From Eledone cirrhosa (taxonomy: Eukaryota), in the NCBI GenBank assembly GCA_964016885.1, contig OZ024752.1:310001-374000 (forward strand): DNA of 64,000 nucleotides. Reading direction: 5' to 3'. Below the pieces are notes generated by a model. It was not told the DNA's origin, ran no database searches, and was given only the letters and a program-made list of their open reading frames with translations. The position numbers and the translations under genes were made by a program. Positions within the stretch are counted from its first letter, which is position 1, and each line of letters opens with the position of its first letter. Shown here in pieces: positions 39,974 to 51,480 of the stretch.

Positions 39974-41256
39974 GTCGTATAGGTGTCACGACAAAAAAAA
40001 AAAACACTCAGTCCACGCTGTAATGTGGCCGTGTAGGTAACACAGTAAAAACCTCCCAGTTCACACTGTAAACGTGGTTGGTGTTAGGAAGGGCATCCAG
40101 CCGTAGAAAACCTGCCAGACAGTCCTATACGAGCAAGACAACCAATCTTGCCTCAAGTGGGAAAATTCCCGTCCAGACCCATGCTAGCGTGGAAGATGGA
40201 CGTTAAACGATGATGATGATTATGATGATGATATATATATTGTTCCATGGTGACATAGGTTGGATGGGATGGTTTCTGCAACTGGATGTCCTTCCTAGTG
40301 TTAACCACTTTACAGTGTACACTGAATGTGTTTTATTGTGGCAGCAGCACTACCAGTTTACAGAGTGAGCCAGATGCTTTCTGTCATGACAACAGTACCA
40401 CTACTTGCAGAGAAAGCTGGGCTCATTCCAGTATGGTATCAATACCAGTGCAATGACTGTCCTTAGCTAGGCAGAAAAGGGTAATGTTGGGAGTCAGAGA
40501 AGGAGATGTGAGCATGGCATGACTGGTACTGTATGAGTGGTATCAAGAAGGAAAGGTTAAATGTGATAGTAACGACAATGGTGGCAGTGAGGGTGGTAGC
40601 AGTGAGGGTGATGGGGGCAATGAGGGTGATGGGGCAATGAAAGTGATGGTGGCAGTGAGGGTGATAGTGAATGTTGAATATCATTTTACAGTGAAAATCT
40701 TAGCACTGAATTCATTCATAAAAAATAGAGTTTGACAGAACGATGAAGTTGAAAAAAATAAGTGTGTTACGAAATTCATTCCAAGTAATAAAATAATTGA
40801 AGCTCACTGTATATAAATAGTACAAGGTATATGAAATAGGTAACAATAATCAAGAAAACATATTTATTAGTAACGTGATAGGATGAGCTTTGTTGCTGAA
40901 ACCTTGTCTGCCATGCAGAACACTAGGATGCTATAAATTTGGATAGCATGTTATAAAATGAGTATCTTATGTGGAACAGCAGCATGTACTGTGTGAGTGT
41001 ATGTGTGTGAGCGTGTTTGTGCATGTATATCATATATCTATCTAGCTATATATGTGTGTGTCTCGGGTTTAATCGTGGGTAGCTACAGTTAGTAAAGCCT
41101 TTCCTGATGATTTCTTTTGAATGAAACAGTCTAGTCCTGTAGACACCATTAGAAAGAGTTGGGGCCCAAATCTTTGTAATATAGCTGCACTCTTCTATCC
41201 CAAGTATCGAGTACTCTGTTGAGCAATGTTCTAACTAGTTTAAAAGTGGTTCTATC

Positions 41257-41290
<34 letters not shown>

Positions 41291-41572
41291 AAGACGATCG
41301 ACTTTCGTCAAATCGGACCGAGGGAACAATGTTTCCGTTGGTCTTTCCAATTGCTAATACTATCTATCGGTCGCAACTCCAGGTAGAAGGAGCAACGTGA
41401 AATAAAGTGTCTTGCTCAAGGACATAACGCATCGCCTGGTCCAGGATTCGAACTCACAACCTTACGATTGCGAATCCAATTCTCTAACCACTCAGCCACA
41501 CGCCTTCACATATATATATATATATATTATATATATACACTTTATCTACCCTCATATATATATATATATATA

Positions 41573-41820
41573 ATAAATGTAATCTGAGTTTTTCGAATAT
41601 TAATAATAACATTCGATTCGTTTACAATTTTGCAAACAAGCCTCAATTTTATAGTCATGTCAGACATGCCAACACAAGAGCAAGAGTGAAGTGTTCATTC
41701 TACTGACATGACTATAAAATTGAGGCTTGTTTGCAAAATTGTAAACGAATCGAATGTTATTATTAATATTCGAAAAACTCAGATTACATTTATTGTATTC
41801 AGCCATGTAGAGCGAAATTT
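41573..41820. mobile_element. Fold-back element, copy 2, perfect ~90-bp arms
   Basis: ataaatgtaatctgag...catgtcag (41573-41663) is the reverse complement of ctgacatg...attacatttat (41703-41793); sits next to (TA)n. Confidence 0.9.
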
Positions 41821-43388
41821 TCTTTTATATCATCATCATCATCATCATCATCATCGTTTAACGTCCATGTTCCACGCTTGCATGGGTTTGGACGGGTGTT
41901 TTCCCACTTGAGGCAAGAGTGGTTGTCTTGCTCGCATAGGACTGTCTGGCGGGTTTTCTACAGCTGGATGCCCTTCCTAACACCAACCACATTTACAGTA
42001 TGGGGCTGGGAGGTTTTTACCGTGTTGCCTACACGGCCACATTACAGCGTGGACTGTGTTTTTTGTCGTGACACCTACACGATCTCATTTGTTTTGGCCT
42101 GGATGTTGTGGCACCAACATAACTTTACATTGAATATATATATATATATATGAGGGTAGATAAAGTTTTGTTTATGTATATCAAGCATGAATGCTTAAAC
42201 AAGATATCTGCTTACCAGAGAGTTTGACTCGACGGTATCCTTTGAATCGTATACCATAAATATCCAAGCAGGGGAATATGGTATATAGGTCCAGAAGAGA
42301 TCATAGAGTATATAATATAAGCAAGTATAATAGACACAGAAACATATGTTAAAGCCAATAAATCCCTACTTTTCTTTCTCGCCAAAGTTGATATTTTTCT
42401 TGGTACAATAATTATATATATATATGCATATATATGGAGAGAGAGAGAGAGAGGGGGGGGGGGGGTAAAATCCTGACCGGGGTGCAATAATTCCACAACA
42501 TGCCCCCAATATAGATTCCCAGGGCCGTTTCACCCTCCACCCGCCTCTCTGCATGCCACTAGGCTCTGAAAAATGTGGGGTACATAGCAAATACTACTCA
42601 TGCTACCACGTTAATCTGGCATGCAACACATTTCTAGTGAGTTATTTCAGCTCATTAGAAGAATATTTCAAATTGAATTATCATCCATTTTGTTCCAAAT
42701 TATGATTGTTCTTCTTATTGGTGGTAAGGGGAGACAAAACAATTGTTTATTTATAATTAATTTATAATTAATTGGCTGTCTTTGATTGGGTTACTGATTT
42801 CAAAATTTGTTTCTGCTGAAGAACGTTTGCTACATTTGTAATTTTGGATAATTTCTTAAACAATCCCAGTGTATACAACACCTGTTGATAAGGGCTGATA
42901 CAATATTATGTAGAAAGTGTGTAGGGGCATAAAAAAAAAATTTATATTGATTTTCATTATCATCATCATCACCATCATCATCATTATCATCTTCATCATC
43001 ATCCTCACAATCATCATCACTGTCATCATTATCATCATTTTCATTTTCCCCATCACCAACACTAACACCACTATGAATCATCGTAATATTCTGAGGAGTT
43101 AATTTTGAGCTAATTTTGATAATGAAAAGAGTTTTAAAAAATATTGACAATCCAAGAATGTTGATTCATTTAGAATTGTTGCATGAGAACAATTCAGAAG
43201 ATGGTTTCAGTTGATCTTTATGAAAATTCACATTAACAAATACAGAACCTAAAAGCCACTTAATCTTTGATCTTCCCCTGTACACTGATGCAAAATTGCA
43301 TCAGAGACTTTGAAACATACATACAGACAGGGATTAACTTTTATATAACACAAAGCATTTTAATTATTAACATCCTTCAATGATTCAA

Positions 43389-43570
43389 CCCTTAAGCATT
43401 CACATTACTCTATATTTACTATTGTATTTTCATGGTAATATCGAATTTTTGATATGATTTATTTTAAGAACAATAACTTAACATCAGTATGAGTGGCCAG
43501 TTACAGCTGGTTTGAAGAGAAAGAGGTGAGAGAATTCTGGCCGGATACGGCTTGTTTAAATGCTAAAGGG
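43389..43570. mobile_element. piggyBac-like MITE
   Basis: tcaa|cccttaagcatt ... aatgctaaaggg|ttaa; same family in opposite orientation at 54102-54309. Confidence 0.7.
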
Positions 43571-43994
43571 TTAAGAGAATATATCTAGAAAAAGATTTGT
43601 TAATTCAAATTTTTATAGTATCTTGATAGATTGCTGTGAAAATTTTAAATAATGTGATGCAGTGATAGTTATACTTTGTGCTTTTCAAGCATGTCTTTAT
43701 AACAATGTGGTTTGATGTGGTTCAAGACTTTAAGAGTTAAGGTAAAAAAGGGTTTAGTCATTGGAACCCTATAACAAACTTCTTCATATTGCTTTATCAG
43801 CTGCATTCTCACCATGTGAACTCATCGGATTTCATTTCCTCTTCAGCCCTATTTTTCTTAATCTTCCTCTTCTACTTCCTTTCCTTCAGTCTGATTCATC
43901 TTTCCTCAATACATGACCAAACCAAAGGCATCTGGCCATAAAACATTGCCTCAAAAAGGAGCCCATGATGAATATGATTCCATAATATTTTTAT

Positions 43995-44025
<31 letters not shown>

Positions 44026-44044
44026 CACACATATATATATACAC

Positions 44045-44085
<41 letters not shown>

Positions 44086-44150
44086 AACTGTAGAGTGCTA
44101 CTTTTCCGATATTTGCATTGCTTTATTGTGCAACAATAAAACTCACCTCC

Positions 44151-44205
<55 letters not shown>

Positions 44206-44695
44206 ATATGTATATATACACACACACACACATTTTACCGCCGCTCATATTCTTTAACCATACTCTAAACTTCTTTATTCATTGCAGAAGTTAACACATT
44301 ATGGAGAAAGGGAAAATATTAAGTCAAATACTTGGATCAGACCAAACGAGGTGTCTTCTTTAGTTTTTCCTTGTTTTGTTTAATATTTTACAATAACCTA
44401 TCTTTGTTCCAAATATTTCCTTTCAATATTTTTATTGTTATTTTTGTTCCATTTGCTCCAGAAATCTTGTTATTGCATCCTGAAATTAGTTCTACTAATA
44501 CACACACACACACACACAGATAGATACACAGACACACAGATAGATATAAACACAGACACACACATATATGAATTTGATTAAAATGAGTTGCGTAATGTGG
44601 AGTTCTTTTCCTATTGTTACATCATGATTAACTAACGGAATGACCAGTTCTATCCATTGGGAAAACATAAATGAATAAATATATATGTATATATA

Positions 44696-44744
<49 letters not shown>

Positions 44745-45476
44745 ATATATATATTGATAGTTTACACTACTGGGACCGAGAAGACCACAAATCAAAGAAG
44801 TACTCAATACATGGTATAATGCTGAGTGGGCATATTAGTAAAAGTAGAGGATCTATTATGAGCTCGCGGTGTATCCTCTGCTTTTACTAATATATGTGTG
44901 TGTAACATGTACATATATATATATGAAGGCACATGGCTTAGTGGTTAGAGCATTGGGCTTGCAATCGAAAGGTTGTGAGTTCAATTCTCGGACCGGGTGA
45001 TGTGTTGTTTCCTTGAGCAAGACACTTTATTTCAATTGCTCCAGAATACTCAGCTGTAGAAATGAGATGATAGGGACTGGGGTCCCTATCATTCCCCTGA
45101 AAAGTGGTCGTGGAGGTGCCACGGCAAAAAAGCACCCAGCCCACACTGTAAAGTGGACGTGGAGGTGCCATGGCAAAAAAGCACCCAGCACTTACTGCAA
45201 ATGAGGTTGGTGTTAGGAAGGGCATCCTGCTGTAGAAATCAAGCCAGAATCAGGTCCCGTCCCACCCTTACAAGCAGGGATAAGCGGACGTAAAAATGAT
45301 GATGATGATGATATGGAATTTAGCTTTGAGCATAGCTGTATACAGATATGTTCTGGAATTTCGTATTTCTAAAGAAGTAAGGAATGTTTATAAATATACA
45401 TTTAGAAAGCCGTTGCTATGTAAAAACACTGGCAGCTATTGCCACCTGTCGGTGTCTAGCAAAAGCAAGGGGGACA

Positions 45477-45520
45477 ATCGTCGATGCATTTCAAACTGAA
45501 CTGGTCCTCATCAGGATGAT
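45477..45520 (-). ncRNA. Minimal type I hammerhead motif
   Basis: Minus strand: atcatc-CTGATGA-ggac cagttca gttt-GAAA-tgca-TC-gacgat. Palindromic ATGCAT, triplet AUC; stem I is 5/6 and can extend to distal gcaag/cttgc. Confidence 0.7.
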
Positions 45521-46997
45521 CCCGCCTGCTCTTGCGACTGCTGGACTTGAAAACAGGTGAGAATATATGGTTTTCTCGTCTGTGTAAATGAGGTGATTAA
45601 TTTCATTTGCATATGAAGCTGTATAAGTTGGCTCAACTTAGAATAGAATAGAATTAGAATTTAGCTTTGAGCATAGCCGTATACTGATATGTATTGGAAT
45701 TTCGTATTTCTAAAGAAATACGGTATGTATATGTATATATATAACATATATATGTATATATATGTATGTATATTTAAAGTGGGTATGTTTAGGAAGTCGT
45801 ACAATACATTGTACAATTGCATTGAACATCTTCCTAAACATATCAACTTTTTATTTTCATATTCTACAATGCTTCAAGCAAACTATTATACCTTATATTA
45901 GTTATATATATTTATATATATATATATATTTAGATATATATATTTAGAATGTTGAGAAGTGACACACGAGTTGCTATATATTAGGAAAATAAGAAAACAG
46001 TAGAAAATGCTGATAGAATTTTCTCTCAGAAAAACATTTTATATATACATACACTGTTTTCATCTAACAGTAACCTTGTTTACTATGTTTTCTAAATCTA
46101 TGTATGGTTTCACAAGTAGTTAGAGGTTTGGCATGCATTCTTGCATAATTACATAGCCATGATTTAATTAATTCATTCTGGTGTGAATGGAAAATATTAT
46201 TACTCTTACCTATTCCAGCCATCCGGTTGAGGCCATGCTGGGGCACCACCTTTGTTTAAGAAAGAAAAAAAAAATACAGAATTTAATGTCATGAGTAAAG
46301 AAAGTACAAAAATTTTGTTTCAGTCCAATTTGTAGTAACAATTGATAATTTTCAAAATGATAATAATAATAGTTTCTGATTTAAGCACAAGGCCAACAAT
46401 TTAGAGGAATGAGAAAGTTGATTACATTGACCCCAGTAAGTTGTTGGTATTTTATTTTATTGAGCCTGTAAGAATGAAAGGCTAACCTCAGCGGGATTTG
46501 AATTTAGAATGTAAAGAGCCATAATTCTATGCCGCAAAGCATGTTGAATGACCCTCTACAGATACTGTCAATCCACCAACCTCTAATAATAATGGTTTCT
46601 GATTTAGACACAGGGCCAGCAATTTGGGCGAGGGGAAAGCCAATTAAATTGTCCTAGTACTTCTCTGGTACTTTATTTTGCCAACCCCAGAAGGATGAAA
46701 GGCAAAGTTAACCTTGGTAGGATTTGAATACAGAATGTAAACGGACGTAACTAAATGCCTCAAAGCATTAATGTTCAATGCTGCAATCATCACCATTAAA
46801 GTTTAATATCCATTTTTCCACACTAGCATGGGTTAGATAAGTTGTCCCATTGTCAGACAAGCCAGAGGAGCTGACTGTGTCTTGCTCATACAGTACTGAT
46901 ATGGCTTGATTTCTACAGCTGAATGCCCTTCCTAATGCCAACCACATTTACAGTGTGTACTGGGAGCTTTTGTCCATCCATATATATATTATAATAT

Positions 46998-47430
46998 ATG
47001 GTGTTGAGACATGGGTAGTGAATGCAGAAGACATGCAGAGACAGGAGAGAAATGAGACAAGCATACTTCAAATGGATGTGCAATGTTAATGAGCAAGAAC
47101 AAAAAAGCATGGATAAACTGAGAGAGAAACTGGGTATAAAAGGAATCAGAAGTAGTGTGCAGGAGAGGAGACTACATTGGTATGGACATGTGATGCACAT
47201 GGATGATGATTGCTGGGTGAAGAAATGCCAAGTAATCCCAGTGCAAGTAAGCCACAGTAGAGGAAGCTCAAGGAAGACCTGGATGGGAGTAGTGAGAGCT
47301 GATCTCAGATTGCTAAAGCTCATGGAGGAGAAGACAAAGAAATATGACAACTGGAGAGAAGTTGTACTGAGAAGGACCCATCCAACCCTAGCAAGCGTGG
47401 AATAATGGACATAAAATGATGATGCTGATA
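46998..47430 (+). mobile_element. RTE LINE 3' fragment
   Basis: ORF 47022: LREKLGIKGIRSSVQERRLHWYGHVMHMDDD..SRGSSRKTW, followed by the same tail. Confidence 0.88.
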
Positions 47431-48418
47431 ATGATTATGGTAATCTACATTATAATAAGAGCACTGTCTGCTGGCCATCTGTCCGTCCTTCTGTCTGTCA
47501 TGCTCACTTTTTTATGCTATAAGTCTCCATCTTCTCTTCCTTACTGTCATAAGCATTCAGTAGGATTTCTTTGAATTTGTTGCCAACTGGAGGTTTTTCA
47601 GCTTTCATGCCTTTCTTCTCCAGATTTATTTTTGTCTCTGAGATCATCTAGTGATTAATTTAAGGCAAAGTGCAGGCTGTGAGATGTATGTGACCCATTT
47701 GGCTTTCTGAAAGGCATGCCTAATTTCAAAATTTCCTTGAAGATTTTAGTTGTGTGGTCCACCTTATGATGAGCCACATCCTATGCGATCCCCTGCTAAA
47801 AAGAAAGGTTGCCCATGCCTGGTCACTGATAACTAATTTGTGTTGGGAGACACACCAGGAAAGAACTTGGTATTTACAACCAGTTGTCTATCTCAACTGT
47901 TGTTCATCACAAAAGCCTATTTCAAATTGTCCTTGTCTAAATTAAAATCTTCCATCATAATTTTACGTAAGGATTTTGTTGTCATGTTCTTAATGAAAAA
48001 GCCATTTGACTAAATCCTTCCAAATTTTTGATTATTTTCAAAATTAATTGAAACACATTCAATATATGTCATGAAAGGCTTTAAAAAAAGCTAATGTGCT
48101 TCATTTTGTGTAAGCGCAATTTCAGAATATTATTGTTAAAAATACTGATAAAAAAAAAAGAAAGATATAAAACAGAGTGAATTTTACTTAGAGTAATTGA
48201 AAATATAGTAAAGTGTTGTTATGGTAGTTCTTAAAAATATGAGAAAAGCAAGAAGAGAAAAAAAAGATAAAAATATATGTTTCTGTATGCATAGCTATCT
48301 GTACAATATTTATATATAATATGAGCAAGACAAGGACCTCAGGCCTGGCTTGTCTCTCAATGAGGCAACTCATCTTACCCAGACTAGCATGGAAAATGGA
48401 AGTTAAATGATGTTGATG

Positions 48419-48461
<43 letters not shown>

Positions 48462-48613
48462 CCTGTCTTAGAATAGGTATGCCGTATCTCTGCATATTGT
48501 AAGAAGTGGCTAAAAAGGTTGGTGTCAGGGAAGGTATCTGGCTGTAAAACATTACCTCAAAAAGTCATGTTCAGTCCATGCCATGGAAATGTTGACAAAA
48601 AACGATAATGATA

Positions 48614-48689
<76 letters not shown>

Positions 48690-48796
48690 TTGAGATGTGC
48701 TCTGTGGAGTCTATGAGCATCTAGTTACCACATATACATACATATTATGTGTGTTACTTTGTATATATATATATATATACACATATATATATATAC

Positions 48797-49552
48797 AGAT
48801 CCTGGGTACACAAGAGATGTAGTGGGATAGCATGCAAACTAACAGGTAGGGAGAAATACGTATGCAGTAGATGTACAGGGAAATTAGACAGTAGAAGTCG
48901 CATTGATAGACACATTTTTCAAATGCAGGAGGGTGCTATAGAAATGGTGGATAGCTTCTGGTACCTAGGAGATCAGATTAGCATGGGAGAGGGTGTTCCG
49001 AGGCCATAGTATCTAGAATAAGGACGGGTTGGAAGAAGTTTAGGGAGCTGCTTCCTCTGCTGACGAAGAAGGGTTTCTCCCTGCGTATCAAAGGCCGGTT
49101 ATATGATGCTTGTGTGAGGAGTGCGATGCTGCATGGTAGTGAGACATGGGCAGCAACTGCAGAGGATATGCGACAGCTGGAGAGAAATGAGACAAGCATG
49201 CTCCGTTGGATGTGCAGTGTCAATGTGCGTGAACGACCCAGCATGAATGTGTTGACAGAGAAACTGTGTCCGAGAGGTATAGAATGTAGTGTGCGAGAGA
49301 GGAGACTGCGGTGGTATGGACATGTGATGTGCATGGAGGATGACCGATGGGTGAAGAGGTGCCAGGAAATGCCAGTTGAAGGAAGACGTGGTAGAGGTAA
49401 ACCACGAAAAACATTCTCAAACAGACCTCAGATTGCTGAAGCTCACAGTGGAGATGATGAAGGACCGTGACAAGTGGAGAGATGCTGTGCTGAATAAGAC
49501 CCGTCCCACCCTTGCAAGCAGGGAAAAGCGGACGTAAAATGATGATGATGAT
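48797..49552 (+). mobile_element. 5'-truncated RTE-clade LINE with 3' tail
   Basis: WVHKRCSGI..CSRC..VDSFWYLGD..GWKKFRELLPLL..KGRLYDACVRSAMLHGSETW..ERRLRWYGHV..GRRGRGKPRKT; tail cccaccttgcaagcagggaaaagcggacgtaaaa(tga)n. Confidence 0.92.
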
Positions 49553-49554
49553 GA

Positions 49555-49586
<32 letters not shown>

Positions 49587-50253
49587 AAGGAAGCATGTTT
49601 GGAACTCAGCAAGCAAAGTATAGAATTGAAACAGAGGTAGAAGCTTTCACTGTAACATTGACTAAATAATTGTTTGTACTTTTGGCATAAGGCCAGCAAT
49701 TACCCAGTACATTACTGGTACTTTATTTTATCGACCCTGTAAGGATGAAAGGCAAAGTTAACCTCGGCGCTAAATAATATAGTCTAATAATGAGGCATAT
49801 AAGCCCATTGGACTATATCTTATAGCCAATGTTACAATGGAAGCTCCTATTTCTGTTTCTACACACACATACATATGCATACACACATGTATATATAGAA
49901 ACATACATAGGACTATGTATGTTTACATAGCAAGGAGATGACTAGACTGTTGTTTAGGGTACCAATTGTCTCAGATGATGTGCTGTATTTTCCACAGCTG
50001 GCAATACTTGCAGCTACTATTGAATACCTAAAAATCAATATCTGAAATCTAGAATATATGAAGGTTTTTAAAATACACACACACACATGTGCAGAATTAT
50101 ATGCTCACTGATTATTTTCCTGTCCAGTGAATTAATGTTTTTTTTTTATTTCTTTAGTGTAGACAATAAACAACAGGCATGCAAAGTACTTTGATGTGGT
50201 TTCGACATTTTTTGTAGCTAGCTTTTGTTCCTTTCATATTTGTGTATGTATAA

Positions 50254-50313
<60 letters not shown>

Positions 50314-51064
50314 TCATTCCTAATTTCATTTATTGTCTATTTTTCATGCTTGTCTGGATTAGATGTGTTGTCATGAGACAAGCCAGATTAGGTGACCATG
50401 TTTTGCTCATACAGATCTCTTTTTGGTTTATTTTCTATGCCAGAAAAACCTTTTCTAATGCACAGTGCAGACTAGTTGCTTTTCCAACTGGGTGCTATAT
50501 ATATATGGAGGCACATGGCTTAGTGGTTAGAGCATTGGCCTTGCAATCGAAAGGTTGTGAGTTCAATTCTCAGACCGGGTGATGTGTTGTTTCCTTGAGC
50601 AAGACACTTTATTTCACATTGCTCCAGTTTACTCAGCTGTAGAAATGAGATGATAGGGACTGGGGTCCATATCATTCCACTGCAAAGTGGTCGTGGAGGT
50701 GCCACGGCAAAAAAGCACCCAGAACTCACTGTAAAATGAGGTTGGTGTTAGGAAGGGCATCCAGCTGTAGAATTCAAGCCAGCATCAGTTGCCGTCCCAC
50801 CCTTGCAAGCAGGGAAAAAGCGGACGTAAAATGAAATGATGATGATGATGATGATATATATATATAAAGTCTGTCTCAAGCCTGGGGGCTCATCAGGCTG
50901 GTGCCTATCCAGTTTCTGTGGTGTTAAGCAATTGAGAGTTCAAGTCTTCCTCCTCAACAGGATGCCACTCCGCCGCAAGGTTAAACTCCAAACTATTGCT
51001 GGTAATATGCTCACACACACATAATATATATATGGGGAGGGGGGTTATTTATAGATATATAAAT

Positions 51065-51480
51065 ATGTGAAAGAAGCTGGGCATAGGAGGGATTGAATGT
51101 GGCATGCAAATAGGGTGACTGCACTGATATGGTCAAGTGATATATAATAAGAGAGAGGAAGTTGTATAAATAAAAGTGCTTAAAGGGAATGGAACTTCTG
51201 GAAGAAGGAGACCAAGGAAGATATAGGACAAAGTTGTTAAGAATAACCTGAAGAAACTGAACCTCACAAAATAGATAACATGACTTAACTGACAGTTGGT
51301 ATGCTATAATACAAAAGAACTATCCACCAGTACAAGCACTGCACCTCTGAAAGGAAACATTGGTGTGTGGCTTGGGTGAGCTGAGAGAAGGACTCTGTAT
51401 GGGAGGAATCTGATGTGGTGTACAAGAGAGATGACTGAAATGGTATGGATGTGTTATGTGTAGGAGGATGAAAGCTGTAT
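51065..51480 (+). mobile_element. Two highly decayed RTE LINE 3' fragments
   Basis: Nucleotide similarity to the ERRL.WYG.V and GRPRK.W segments of the other RTE copies. Confidence 0.55.

Noticed and set aside
41095-41150. CTGATGA-tttcttttgaat-GAAAC hammerhead-like core
   Set aside because: No stem I pairing adjacent to a UH site; a relic at best.
42287-42356. CAGAAGA...GAAA-catatg-TT (similar partial motifs at ~11662, ~31255, ~31422, ~56385)
   Set aside because: Only half of the core is present, or the stems are unpaired; too degenerate to call.
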